NCBI GenBank assembly: GCA_964449065.1
Contig: CAYVAZ010000007.1
Coordinates: forward strand, 1 to 37,629
Source: an uncultured bacterium
GTDB lineage: Bacteria; Hinthialibacterota; Hinthialibacteria; Hinthialibacterales; Hinthialibacteraceae
DNA: 37,629 nt
Direction of reading: 5' to 3'
Shown: positions 7,811 through 16,413 of the stretch, one piece after another
Numbering within the stretch: position 1 is the stretch's first letter
Layout: each line of letters begins with the position of its first letter
Notes under the pieces: model-generated
Told to the model about the DNA's origin: nothing
What the model saw: the letters and a program-made list of their open reading frames with translations, nothing else
The model's database searches: none
Made by a program: the position numbers and the translations under genes

Positions 7811-7896
7811 TCGATGCGGTTTCGCTTTTTGTTGGTGTCCCGTCTTTTTTCGGCCCATTCAAGTTTGAGATTAAGGATCTCAATTCAACGTTTCAC

Positions 7897-8118
7897 TTAC
7901 TCCACCTTCACCATTTCCACCGCAACCCCCGCCACAAAGTTCACTTCAACAACATCGCCCGGTTGAATTCCTTCATCAAATGTTTCTGCGGCAAACTGTG
8001 CTTGGAGTACCTGTCCCGGCTGCGAATCCAAGACAAACTGCACACGGAAATTCTTTTGCCCGTGTGTCGCAATCGGCGTAATCCGCTGCACTGTCGCGTT
8101 CTGTTTTCCCATTAACAT
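7897..8118 (-). CDS. Small hypothetical beta-rich protein (possible OB fold)
   Basis: 73-aa ORF with protein-like composition ('IQPGDVVEVNF'); AAAGGG upstream of the ATG; convergent with the neighbouring gene. Confidence 0.6.
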   Translation of the reverse strand: MLMGKQNATVQRITPIATHGQKNFRVQFVLDSQPGQVLQAQFAAETFDEGIQPGDVVEVNFVAGVAVEMVKVE

Positions 8119-8329
8119 GTTTATTGCCCTTTCAAGCGGAAATCAAACTCGGCAGGTCACGCCGTCTTCGGATTATAAACCATGCAATTCCTTTGAATAT
8201 GGGATATTGGATCGTTGTCAAACGCGCGTTCGTTTCGTCCCGATTACTCTACCATCCGAAACAGAAAAATAGAAACGGTATACCAGCCGTTTTTACCCTC
8301 TTAATACGGGCGAGGGTAGGGGGGAATCA

Positions 8330-9037
8330 TCACCGTTTTACCAAATACCGCCCTACAACACATGCGATTTCCCACGAATCGGTCAACGGCCGCCAAGCCG
8401 AGCGCATAGACGCTTCTTCCAAGTAGATGGATGAAACATCCGCCTCCGCGTATGACAATCCCAACCCGTGCGCGGTTAAGAGCATTTCGGTTTCAATGGA
8501 ATACGCGTTCGAAAGCAGCCGCGGCATCAGTTGTTCCAACGCGTTTCGGGTAAACAGCCGGAACCCGCATTGCAAATCCCGCGTCTTGCATCCCGTCAGC
8601 AGTGCGATCAGTTTCGAACTGAGAACATTCGCCCAATAGCGCACCGTTGGCATCCCGCTGCGTTCAAAGCGCCGTGTGCCCAACACAATATCCGCCTCTG
8701 TTTTGAGATACACGTCCAGAAGATGCTGAATTTCTTTCGGCTCGTGCTGTCCATCGCTGTCCAACGTGATGAGGATCTCCCATCCACCGCGCCGCAGCCA
8801 CCATTTCATCCCTTCCCGCAAGGCATAGCCTTTGCCCTGATTTCGCTCCCACGCAATCGTCTCACAACCGCAGGCGGCGATTGATTTTTTTGTTTCCGAA
8901 CCGCTCCCGTCGTTTACCAGAAGAATTTGATTGGAGAAAGACTTGCAGGCATTCACAACCGGGATTACCGCATTGCCGCAATTGTAGCATGGGATGATAA
9001 TGGCAAGATTCTCATACAGCTTGGATTCGATAGACAT
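8330..9037 (-). CDS. Glycosyltransferase family 2 (DPM1-like)
   Basis: IIIPCYN, LVNDGS, NQGKGYALREG, TLDSDGQH and DLQCGFRLF. Confidence 0.92.
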   Translation of the reverse strand: MSIESKLYENLAIIIPCYNCGNAVIPVVNACKSFSNQILLVNDGSGSETKKSIAACGCETIAWERNQGKGYALREGMKWWLRRGGWEILITLDSDGQHEPKEIQHLLDVYLKTEADIVLGTRRFERSGMPTVRYWANVLSSKLIALLTGCKTRDLQCGFRLFTRNALEQLMPRLLSNAYSIETEMLLTAHGLGLSYAEADVSSIYLEEASMRSAWRPLTDSWEIACVVGRYLVKR

Positions 9038-9070
9038 GCAATCACTGCTTATTGAAAGATATTTGATCGC

Positions 9071-9670
9071 TTACTGAAAGAGTTTCCCTTGCGTGGCAAT
9101 AATATCGCCCTCAGACACAACTCCGTTAGAAGGATTGTAAAACAGACCGCCATCCTGGTTGGCACCGGCTTGATGCGGCGCATCAAAACTCAACATGCCA
9201 TATTCCGGAGTGGGCCAGGGATAATCCGGCTTGCGGTCAGGCCCCCATCCATACAGAAAGAACGAGACATTCGCGCGCGCGAACAGATCAAATCGCGCCT
9301 GATCGTCAAACCGCCCCACGTGCAATGGAGCGCCGTACCCGACAAACCGTCCCACATCTTCTTCTGTACCGGTGAAATACAGATCTGTAAACGCGTCCCG
9401 CGACGACAAATACGCTACCGGTGTGGTCAGGGCGATGTATGTTTCTCCTGTTTCCGCGTCCGGCCCTTTATCGATCGGCGCCCAATTGTAATCCACCATA
9501 TAGGCCAAAATACCCGTTTGCGCTGCCCTTAAATTGGCATAGCTTTTTGCTATCTTTGCCCGTGCCTGCGCGCTCAAAAAATTCGGTACCGCGATTGCCG
9601 CGAGAATCCCGATAATTGCAACCACAATCAGCAATTCAATTAATGTAAAAGCAGATTTACCCGGTTTCAT
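9071..9670 (-). CDS. Prepilin-type N-terminal cleavage/methylation domain protein
   Basis: MKPGKSA|FTLIELLIVVAIIGILAAIAVPNF class III signal; C-terminal YNPSNGVVSEGDI; ATG at 9670 with GGGGGA upstream. Confidence 0.88.
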   Translation of the reverse strand: MKPGKSAFTLIELLIVVAIIGILAAIAVPNFLSAQARAKIAKSYANLRAAQTGILAYMVDYNWAPIDKGPDAETGETYIALTTPVAYLSSRDAFTDLYFTGTEEDVGRFVGYGAPLHVGRFDDQARFDLFARANVSFFLYGWGPDRKPDYPWPTPEYGMLSFDAPHQAGANQDGGLFYNPSNGVVSEGDIIATQGKLFQ

Positions 9671-9790
9671 ATTTGTCCCCCCAAGATTTTCTAGTATAGT
9701 ATAGATATTTCCAACAGTCAGCCTTTCCGCCTCAAGCACAGGGTTGTTTCTGCAACCCTCTACAATTCGCAATCGGCACCGGCATTCTTT

Positions 9791-9820
9791 TTCCCCTTAT
9801 TCAAGGGGGCTAGGGGAGAT
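9791..9820. repeat. REP-like palindrome (CCCCTAGCCCCCTT..AAGGGG family)
   Basis: The reverse complement ATCTCCCCTAGCCCCCTTGAATAAGGGGAA resembles 12500-12530 (ATCCCCCCTAGCCCCCCTTACCAAGTGGGGA). Confidence 0.6.
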
Positions 9821-9862
9821 AAAGTACCCTAAAATAAATACCACAAACACAAACGACACTTT

Positions 9863-10990
9863 ATGAAGATCATAACCCGGTCCGTATTCTTTCAACTTAT
9901 GTCGGCTATTGCAGAAGGCATTGTTCCGTTTACCTTTGTGTTTATGCTTAAACGCATCTTCAAATTTACGGAACTGTTGGTCGCTGACGGCGCCTCAACC
10001 TCAACCGTAATCACCATGCTTTTTTCCATTCTCCCTTCCGTTATGATGATGTCGTTTCCCATCGCCATTCTTTTGGGATCCATGATGGTCTACGGCCGCA
10101 TGGCCATGGATCGTGAACTTATCGCGCTTTACTCCTGCGGCTATTCCATCAAGCAGTTATTAACCCCGGCCTTGGTCATCGGCTTAATCACCACCGCCCT
10201 GCTCTTATGGTGGGGGCACCGCATCGCCCCCAAAGGCAACCGCATCTTTCAAGCCACCGCCATTGATGTGGTGCAAAAAACCGCCACCGCCGGCATCCGC
10301 CCCGGCGAGTTTACATCCTTGGGCGGCATGGTCTTTTCTCCCTCATCTGTTGAATCGGGCAACATGCATGACTTAAAGTTATTCGAGCAGCAGGATAAAT
10401 CCATCGCCGGTGTCATCACCGCGCCCACCGCCAATCTTGTCTTTCATCCCGATGAAAATATCCTAACCATGAACATGAAAGACGGCGTGCTCCACCAAAC
10501 GCCAAACCCTGAACGCGATATCGTCATCCAATTCGCCACCTTTTCGGTCTCCATTATCATTCCCAACATCGTCAGCAAATACGCCTCACCGGGGCGCGAT
10601 GTACGCTACTTCAGCAATGACCGTTTGAAACAGGAATTGGAAGAGCACCAACTCGCCATCTCAAAAGCCCGCGACGAAACCATACGCAAGTGGTACTACA
10701 AAGAAATGATGAAACGCGAACTTGAACTGGCCTCGCGCACTGCCCTACCCATGTCCTGCATCATCATGGTGTTTCTCGGCGCCATCTTAGGGATGCGCTC
10801 GCGTTCGGCCAAACGATCCGCATGTTATAGTCTAACGGTGGCCGCGGTGTTTCTCTACTATACGCTCTTGAGTTTCGGCAGCCGCTATGCCGAAGACGGC
10901 TCGCTGCCCGTTTGGCTTGGAGTGTGGCTGCCCAATATCGTCAGCCTGGCTGTCGTGGCAGCGCTGTATCAAACCATGAAGGACCGGTAA
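9863..10990 (+). CDS. lptF: LPS export ABC transporter permease LptF
   Basis: Three TM helices, a periplasmic domain and three more TM helices; 'GRMAMDRELIALYSCGYS' and 'WLPNIV'; paired with an LptG-like gene. Confidence 0.85.
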   Translation: MKIITRSVFFQLMSAIAEGIVPFTFVFMLKRIFKFTELLVADGASTSTVITMLFSILPSVMMMSFPIAILLGSMMVYGRMAMDRELIALYSCGYSIKQLLTPALVIGLITTALLLWWGHRIAPKGNRIFQATAIDVVQKTATAGIRPGEFTSLGGMVFSPSSVESGNMHDLKLFEQQDKSIAGVITAPTANLVFHPDENILTMNMKDGVLHQTPNPERDIVIQFATFSVSIIIPNIVSKYASPGRDVRYFSNDRLKQELEEHQLAISKARDETIRKWYYKEMMKRELELASRTALPMSCIIMVFLGAILGMRSRSAKRSACYSLTVAAVFLYYTLLSFGSRYAEDGSLPVWLGVWLPNIVSLAVVAALYQTMKDR

Positions 10991-10992
10991 CG

Positions 10993-12087
10993 ATGGATAG
11001 CCTTTTTAAAACGGTTGATCTCTTACTTCTGAAGCGATTCGCGCAGGTCCTGTTTTTTCTCTTCCTGCTTTTTTTAAGCATTTCGTTTGTGCTTGTGATG
11101 TTTGACAGCATGCGCGACTTGATGGAAGCCGAAGCCCCGCTGCATTTGTCTACGTTTTACATTTTATTGCGCGTTCCGCATGAGATTCTAAAAGCCACCC
11201 CGTTGGTGGTGGTGATCGGTATATCGCTCTTGGTCAGCGACCTGATGCGGAACAACGAGCTGATTATGCTGTTGATCGCGGGATACTCTCCCCTGCGCTT
11301 GCTTGCCCCCATCGCCGGAATGCTCGTTTCGCTCGTGCTGGTGCTCTTTCTGCTGTACGAAAATGTGGCAGGGCCTGCATCGCTCATGGCACACAACATG
11401 ATGGAAACCCAAATTAAAGGCGGCGGCACCGGTCTCAGCCTCTCCCGCGGCATCTGGATGCACGGCGAAAACAACCGCATCTATTATGTGGATACCTATC
11501 TGCCGCACGAAATGAAACTCAGCGGATTCACCATGTTTGAGTTCCGCGGCCCTAACCAAACCATCTCGCAGCGCTTTGATGCCGAATCGGCTGTCTGGCA
11601 GCCCACCACCGGTTTTTGGACGCTGCAAAACGTGACGGTGCGCAACATCCATCCCGACGGAAGTATCGACCGCGATATCAAAGCCGAAGACGACTACGAC
11701 CTGGAACGCACTCCCAAAGACTTTGAGCGTGTCACCATGGATGAAGAACTCATGTCGCACAGCGAGTTGCGCCGGATGGTGGAAATGTCTGGAGAAAACA
11801 ATTCCTACTACAAGGCCAGTTTGCGCATAAAAGAGGCGTTTCCTTTCGCGGTTTTCTTTTTGGGCATGTTAGCCTTTGTGATGACACTCTACGCTGGAAG
11901 TGGAGGCCGCGCGTCCGGTGTGGGTGGAGGGCTGCTTCTGGTCATCGGCTATTACCTCGCTCTTTCGCTGGGCAAAAGTTTCAGCAACGCGGGCGTGTTG
12001 GCCCCGTGGCTGGGGGCTTGGTATCCCAATTTCCTCACGCTGGCAGCGGCGGTTTATTTCTATTGGCAATTGAGGAAAACAACGTAA
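10993..12087 (+). CDS. lptG: LPS export ABC transporter permease LptG
   Basis: 'LMRNNELIMLLIAGYSPLRL', 'RFDAESAVW' and 'LAPWLGAWYPN'; ATG at 10993 just after the lptF stop. Confidence 0.85.
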   Translation: MDSLFKTVDLLLLKRFAQVLFFLFLLFLSISFVLVMFDSMRDLMEAEAPLHLSTFYILLRVPHEILKATPLVVVIGISLLVSDLMRNNELIMLLIAGYSPLRLLAPIAGMLVSLVLVLFLLYENVAGPASLMAHNMMETQIKGGGTGLSLSRGIWMHGENNRIYYVDTYLPHEMKLSGFTMFEFRGPNQTISQRFDAESAVWQPTTGFWTLQNVTVRNIHPDGSIDRDIKAEDDYDLERTPKDFERVTMDEELMSHSELRRMVEMSGENNSYYKASLRIKEAFPFAVFFLGMLAFVMTLYAGSGGRASGVGGGLLLVIGYYLALSLGKSFSNAGVLAPWLGAWYPNFLTLAAAVYFYWQLRKTT

Positions 12088-12176
12088 ATGCAACTGTATA
12101 TAAAACCATATAAATTAAATAACTCATGTTACGCATACGTTATGATATGCTCGTTATTTTAATCGTTCGCTGTGTT

Positions 12177-12335
12177 TATCGCCCTCTCCCACCGGGAGAG
12201 GGGGGGGAGGGCTTATGGAGACAATACCCTCTAAGTACGTTATTGCGTCACCGGGAGCATTGCTCTCTTCGCCCTCATCTCTTATCTTCTCCCAAAGGGA
12301 GAAGACGATAGATATTCCGTTTGATTCAGATAAAA
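12177..12335. repeat. Repeat module A (about 160 bp, two hairpins), copy 1
   Basis: Aligns by eye with 14350-14510 (shared CCTCTAA..TGCGTCA..GGGAGCA..CTCATCT..TTATC..GGGAGAAGACGATAGA..CGTTTGA). Confidence 0.75.
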
Positions 12336-12429
12336 CGGCTATTCAATCGAATCCTTTTTTTATCCAGTATTGATCCTTTTCCGCGTAAGGTGAGTTAAAT
12401 AATGGATGGTAAGCACAGCGAAAGGGATG

Positions 12430-12499
12430 CATCTCTCTCTCAGTCAAAAAAGATTGTTCCTGAGAAGCAATGAGTTTGAAGTGTGCTGACAGCCTATCG
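12430..12499. repeat. Repeat module B (about 70 bp), copy 1
   Basis: Aligns with 14287-14354 (CATCTCTC..CAGT..AGATTGTT.CTGAGAAGCAA.GAG.TTGAAGTG..TGACAGCCTATCG). Confidence 0.8.
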
Positions 12500-12819
12500 A
12501 TCCCCCCTAGCCCCCCTTACCAAGTGGGGAACCAGCCTCATCACAAGCAAAAGCGCCGTTCCAACCCCCACTTGCTTAAGGGAGTAGAGCCGTAGGCTCC
12601 GTGGGATTTGCGCCGTTGGGTTACGCTTCGATCTCTACTACTTCGCGAACCCAATCGGAAATTGGTTAGGCCGCATAACCAGCGAGAGAAGTGACCTGCA
12701 CCCCAGCAAAAGAAAGACGCAGCGGTTTTCTTGCTGAACAATCCTAGCTAAATTTGCTCTGACGTCCTCCAACGCATGGGGGAGGAAAAGGAGCTCAATC
12801 ACGATTCATTTTAAGCCCA

Positions 12820-14187
12820 TTACTTTGAAACTTCTGCATACCACTTTTCATGCAATGACTTTAACTCGTTCACTTTATCCGGATGCTTTTTTGCTATGTT
12901 GGTCATTTCGGAGATATCTTCATTTAGGTTGACCAGAAAGAGTTGATCGTCTTTGGTGATTTCGGCTTGGTTGGAGGTATCGCGGGGATTGCCGATCAGT
13001 TTCCAATCACCTTGACGCACTGCCCATTGGTTTCTGCCGGTCTGCCAGTGAAAGATGTCGTGGGGTGACTCTTCATCCGACTGAATGACGGAGGCAATAC
13101 TTTTTCCATCGATTTTGTGTTTAGGTTCTTCGATTCCGCATAACTCCAGGATGGTTGGATACCAGTCGCAGCCGGTGACCAGTTGATCGCGCACGGCATT
13201 CGCCGGGACGACTCCGGGATAGCGGATGATAGCCGGAACGCGGATGCCGCCTTCAAACAGGCTGAACTTGGCTCCGCGGTAGGGGCCGGCATTGCCGCCG
13301 CCTCCGCCGGTGCGTTCTTCGGTGGAATGGCCGTGATCGGCTTGGAAGATAATGATGGTATCCTCGGTGAGGCCCTGTTCATCAAGATGATCAAGAACCC
13401 TTCCGATCATGTCATCCATGGTGGATACAAACGCGGCGTAATCGCTGCGGGGGTATTGTAAATTATCGTATTCTTCCCGCCAACGGTCTGTGCCTTGCAA
13501 GGGGTAATGGGGAAAGTTGATGGCCCAATAAAGGAAGAACGGTTCATCCCTGTGGGCGCTGATGAACTGGTTGCATTCATCCACCATAAGGTCGCCGAAG
13601 AACTCGCCGTCATACCAGACCTCTTCGCCATTGCGCCAAAGGTCGTGGCGGTTGGGGCCGTTCCAATAAAAGAAGTGCGAATAGTTATCGATGCAGCCGC
13701 CCATGTGACCGAAGGAATACTCGAACCCCTGCGCGTTGGGCATGGTTTGGGGCGTGTAACCTATATGCCATTTGCCGATATGCCCGGTGGCGTATCCGGC
13801 GGCTTTCATCATCTCGGCGATGGTGACCTGTTCGCCCGGCATACCGTCTATGCCTTTTTGAGACGACGCGTTGTTGGATAATCCCGCGCGCTGCGGGTAG
13901 CGTCCGGTTAAGAGCGCGGCACGGGAAGGGGAACAGACCGGAGAGGCGGCATAGAATTGCGTGAAGCGGGTGCCTTCTTGGGCTAATTTATCCAAATGCG
14001 GAGTGATTAGATCTTTGGCGCCGTAGGTGTTGAGATCGATGGAGCCTTGGTCATCGGTGAAAATGAGGATGACATTCGGTTTGCGCTTGGCTTGCGCTTC
14101 ATGGGTATGGGTTCCGGATAACGCAAGGGCGGCGCTGCCCAGGCCCAAGTTTTTCATAAAGGTGCGGCGGTTGTTGGAAATTTGCAC
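12820..14187 (-). CDS. Formylglycine-dependent (S1) sulfatase, Tat-exported
   Basis: Tat motif NRRTFMK; PNVILIFTDD; CSPSRAALLTGR; GKWHIG; ADHG; EGGIRVP; AGGAG RBS before the GTG. Confidence 0.95.
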   Translation of the reverse strand: MQISNNRRTFMKNLGLGSAALALSGTHTHEAQAKRKPNVILIFTDDQGSIDLNTYGAKDLITPHLDKLAQEGTRFTQFYAASPVCSPSRAALLTGRYPQRAGLSNNASSQKGIDGMPGEQVTIAEMMKAAGYATGHIGKWHIGYTPQTMPNAQGFEYSFGHMGGCIDNYSHFFYWNGPNRHDLWRNGEEVWYDGEFFGDLMVDECNQFISAHRDEPFFLYWAINFPHYPLQGTDRWREEYDNLQYPRSDYAAFVSTMDDMIGRVLDHLDEQGLTEDTIIIFQADHGHSTEERTGGGGGNAGPYRGAKFSLFEGGIRVPAIIRYPGVVPANAVRDQLVTGCDWYPTILELCGIEEPKHKIDGKSIASVIQSDEESPHDIFHWQTGRNQWAVRQGDWKLIGNPRDTSNQAEITKDDQLFLVNLNEDISEMTNIAKKHPDKVNELKSLHEKWYAEVSK

Positions 14188-14215
14188 GATGCTCTCCTAA
14201 GATGAACGTTTGGTC

Positions 14216-14273
14216 ATTTTCTCATTGGGATGGGGTTGTTGTCAAGTTTCTATGTTTTAGTGTTCTATGTTTT
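14216..14273 (-). promoter_or_regulatory. Putative sulfatase promoter with upstream direct repeat
   Basis: Minus strand reads TTGACA (14245-14240), an 18-nt spacer, then (TGa)GAAAAT; TTCTATGTTTT is repeated at 14248-14258 and 14263-14273. Confidence 0.4.
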
Positions 14274-14286
14274 TGATAGTGTATGT

Positions 14287-14510
14287 CATCTCTCACAGTA
14301 AAAGGAGATTGTTTCTGAGAAGCAAAGAGATTGAAGTGCATTGACAGCCTATCGCCCTCGCCGACCGGGAGAAGTCCGGGGTGAGGGTTCGGGATGAATA
14401 CACCTCTAATGACGCTGCTGCGTCATGGGGAGCAAGCACTCTCATCGCTCTCATCTTTTATCGTCTTCCAACGGGAGAAGACGATAGACACTGCGTTTGA
14501 CTTAAAAGAG
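14287..14510. repeat. Repeat modules B+A joined (about 220 bp), copy 2
   Basis: Same-orientation diverged copies of 12430-12499 and 12177-12335. Confidence 0.75.
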
Positions 14511-14593
14511 TTGGCTCACAACAAAAACCATTTTGCAAGCAATCGTCAATTATGGATTGCGTAACATCCGTTATTACGTCAATGGCATTGCGT

Positions 14594-14623
14594 GCAGGGC
14601 AGCCACGGGGGGCTGCCCCTACA
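14594..14623. repeat. GTAG-family REP palindrome
   Basis: GCAGGGCAGCCACGGGGGGCTGCCCCTACA; stem GGGCAGCC/GGCTGCCC with a CTAC tail. Confidence 0.65.
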
Positions 14624-14718
14624 TGTTCATGAAATTTCTTACGGTAATTGCATTGCCTCCTACTCCCTTATTAAGGGTGCAACAGCGACAGGGTCCAGCT
14701 ATTCAACTCTGAGACGCT

Positions 14719-16233
14719 CTAAAACATCATACCCGGGCCGTGGCATTCGTGGCAGTTTTGGCCTTCCCACATATCGCCAAAATCACGGGGATGAACGAAT
14801 TCTTGCTCTTTATACTCTAACTGTTTATATTCATCCCATCCTTCTCCTTGCCGGGTAATGGTATGGCAAAGGTTGCAATCGTTGGAGACGATCTTGCCGG
14901 ACGCGGTTTTATGCTGATCATCGTGGCAGCGATAACAACCGGGGAATTCATAGTGCCCGATATGGGTGGGGTAGTTCGTCCAATCCGCACCTTGCTCCGG
15001 GAAAAAGTTGGTTTGATAAATTTGTTTAGCCGCTTCAATCGCTTGATTGACCGGTTGTTCCAATGCCGCATCTTCAACCACCATTTCGTCATAGATGGAA
15101 TGCATTTCCGAATCGATGGATTGCAATGCTTCTTCGGTGGTTTCATACTCCATCCCAAGCAACTCAACCAAGACCACTTTTATTTCCGGTACAGAAGGGT
15201 CTATTTCGCCTTCTAACAAGGCTTTATTCACGGCGGTGTAGGGTGAGTCAAACTTATGCGAAGGGCGGTTGTGGCAGTCAATACAATCCATCGTACGGAT
15301 TTCTTCCTCTGGTATCTCTTTCGGATCAATCGGGTTTTCCTCGTCGATAAACTCGTCTATCGTTCCGTCATCATAGGTGATCCGTATCCACGGGATATCC
15401 AGCCGGTCTTCATCCCGGGCGTAATACTCTAGCGTATGATCCAGTCCGATATGCCAGTGAATGCTTTGGTGGTCATATTGATCCAGCGGATCTTTTCCAA
15501 CATGCAGCTTTAAATCCACCCGGTACGGGGTGTTTTCTTCATCCGAACCGAAATACACCAATTCTTTTTCAACCGAATCGTAGAACTTTTCCGGCCAATG
15601 GCACTGCTCGCAAGTATCACGAGCTGGGCGCAAATTGCTGATCGGTGTTTCAATGGGCAAATGATAGGAACCGGTCGCTACCGCATACAACTGCCACGCG
15701 CCGGATAGTTTGCTGCGGACAAACCAATCCGCACCGGGACCGATATGGCACTTGACACAATCCACATTCGCGTGGGGAGAATTCTGATAAGCCGTATATT
15801 CCGGGATCATCACTTGATGGCACATCAAACCGCAAAATTGATTCGATTCCGTGATATGATAGGCTTTGTAAGAACCCACGCTTGTGAGAACAAGAAAAAC
15901 AGCGGTGAACACGCTGAAAACCGCAATGTATTTTTGATCATGGCTTCGGTTTAGATCGATGACCGGCAGTTTTCGTTTTACTATATTTTTCACGATTCTC
16001 CGGTATTCCAGCCACATGCCGAACGGAACCAACAACAAGCCGAACACCAATATCGATGGGCCTATTACATAGATCAAAATTCCCACATAGGCATTGGTAG
16101 AGTGCTGCATCATATCAATTGCGATGATGACAATTTCTCCCACCAAAAAGACCAATGCCAAAATAAAACCAAACAACGAAATAAAATTATTAAATAATTC
16201 TTGTGTGGTTACAGGTTCCCACTTTTTGTTCAT
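14719..16233 (-). CDS. ImcH-like inner-membrane heptaheme cytochrome c (NapC/NirT family quinol dehydrogenase)
   Basis: Three N-terminal TM helices; NapC/NirT core 'TESNQFCGLMCHQVM.PEY..Y.NSPH..V.CVKCHIG...K.SG..QL'; heme motifs CGLMCH, CVKCH, CEQCH, CIDCH, CYRCH, CNLCH and CHECH; 504 aa; AAGGAG RBS. Confidence 0.85.
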   Translation of the reverse strand: MNKKWEPVTTQELFNNFISLFGFILALVFLVGEIVIIAIDMMQHSTNAYVGILIYVIGPSILVFGLLLVPFGMWLEYRRIVKNIVKRKLPVIDLNRSHDQKYIAVFSVFTAVFLVLTSVGSYKAYHITESNQFCGLMCHQVMIPEYTAYQNSPHANVDCVKCHIGPGADWFVRSKLSGAWQLYAVATGSYHLPIETPISNLRPARDTCEQCHWPEKFYDSVEKELVYFGSDEENTPYRVDLKLHVGKDPLDQYDHQSIHWHIGLDHTLEYYARDEDRLDIPWIRITYDDGTIDEFIDEENPIDPKEIPEEEIRTMDCIDCHNRPSHKFDSPYTAVNKALLEGEIDPSVPEIKVVLVELLGMEYETTEEALQSIDSEMHSIYDEMVVEDAALEQPVNQAIEAAKQIYQTNFFPEQGADWTNYPTHIGHYEFPGCYRCHDDQHKTASGKIVSNDCNLCHTITRQGEGWDEYKQLEYKEQEFVHPRDFGDMWEGQNCHECHGPGMMF

Positions 16234-16300
16234 ACCGACACACTCCTTTAGAATTTTTCATGAAAAAATGGCAATATTTATCCGAAACCGATTTCAGCTC

Positions 16301-16335
16301 TTGATCATTGTACACTAATAAGATAAAATTGTAAG
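16301..16335. promoter_or_regulatory. Overlapping divergent sigma70-like promoters of the cytochrome cluster
   Basis: Plus strand: TTGATC(16301)-17-TAAAAT(16324-16329). Minus strand: CTTACA(16335-16330)-17-TACAAT(16312-16307). Confidence 0.45.
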
Positions 16336-16413
16336 TATATCAAATAATTGGTTTCGAGGTTCGGTTGTTCGATTCCAGCAACCAATTCGATTCACTTTTG
16401 CAGGAGGCCGTTC

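Noticed and set aside
9671..9772. N-terminal extension of the pilin ORF in the ORF track
   Set aside because: The class III signal and RBS point to the ATG at 9670; the extension overlaps the divergent promoter region.
10912..10992. Extended lptG start
   Set aside because: It overlaps the lptF 3' end; the ATG at 10993 fits better.
12126..12741. Short ORFs 12126-12311 and 12541-12741
   Set aside because: They are translations of palindromic repeats (for example PLPPGEGGEG) and unlikely to be genes.
12177..14510. Repeats considered as a CRISPR array or IS ends
   Set aside because: There is no regular repeat-spacer period, no cas or transposase gene, and no terminal inverted repeats with a target duplication.
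16295..16345. FNR/CRP/Rex box in the cytochrome promoter region
   Set aside because: TTGAT and ATCAA half-sites exist but not at the N4 spacing, and no convincing consensus match was found.
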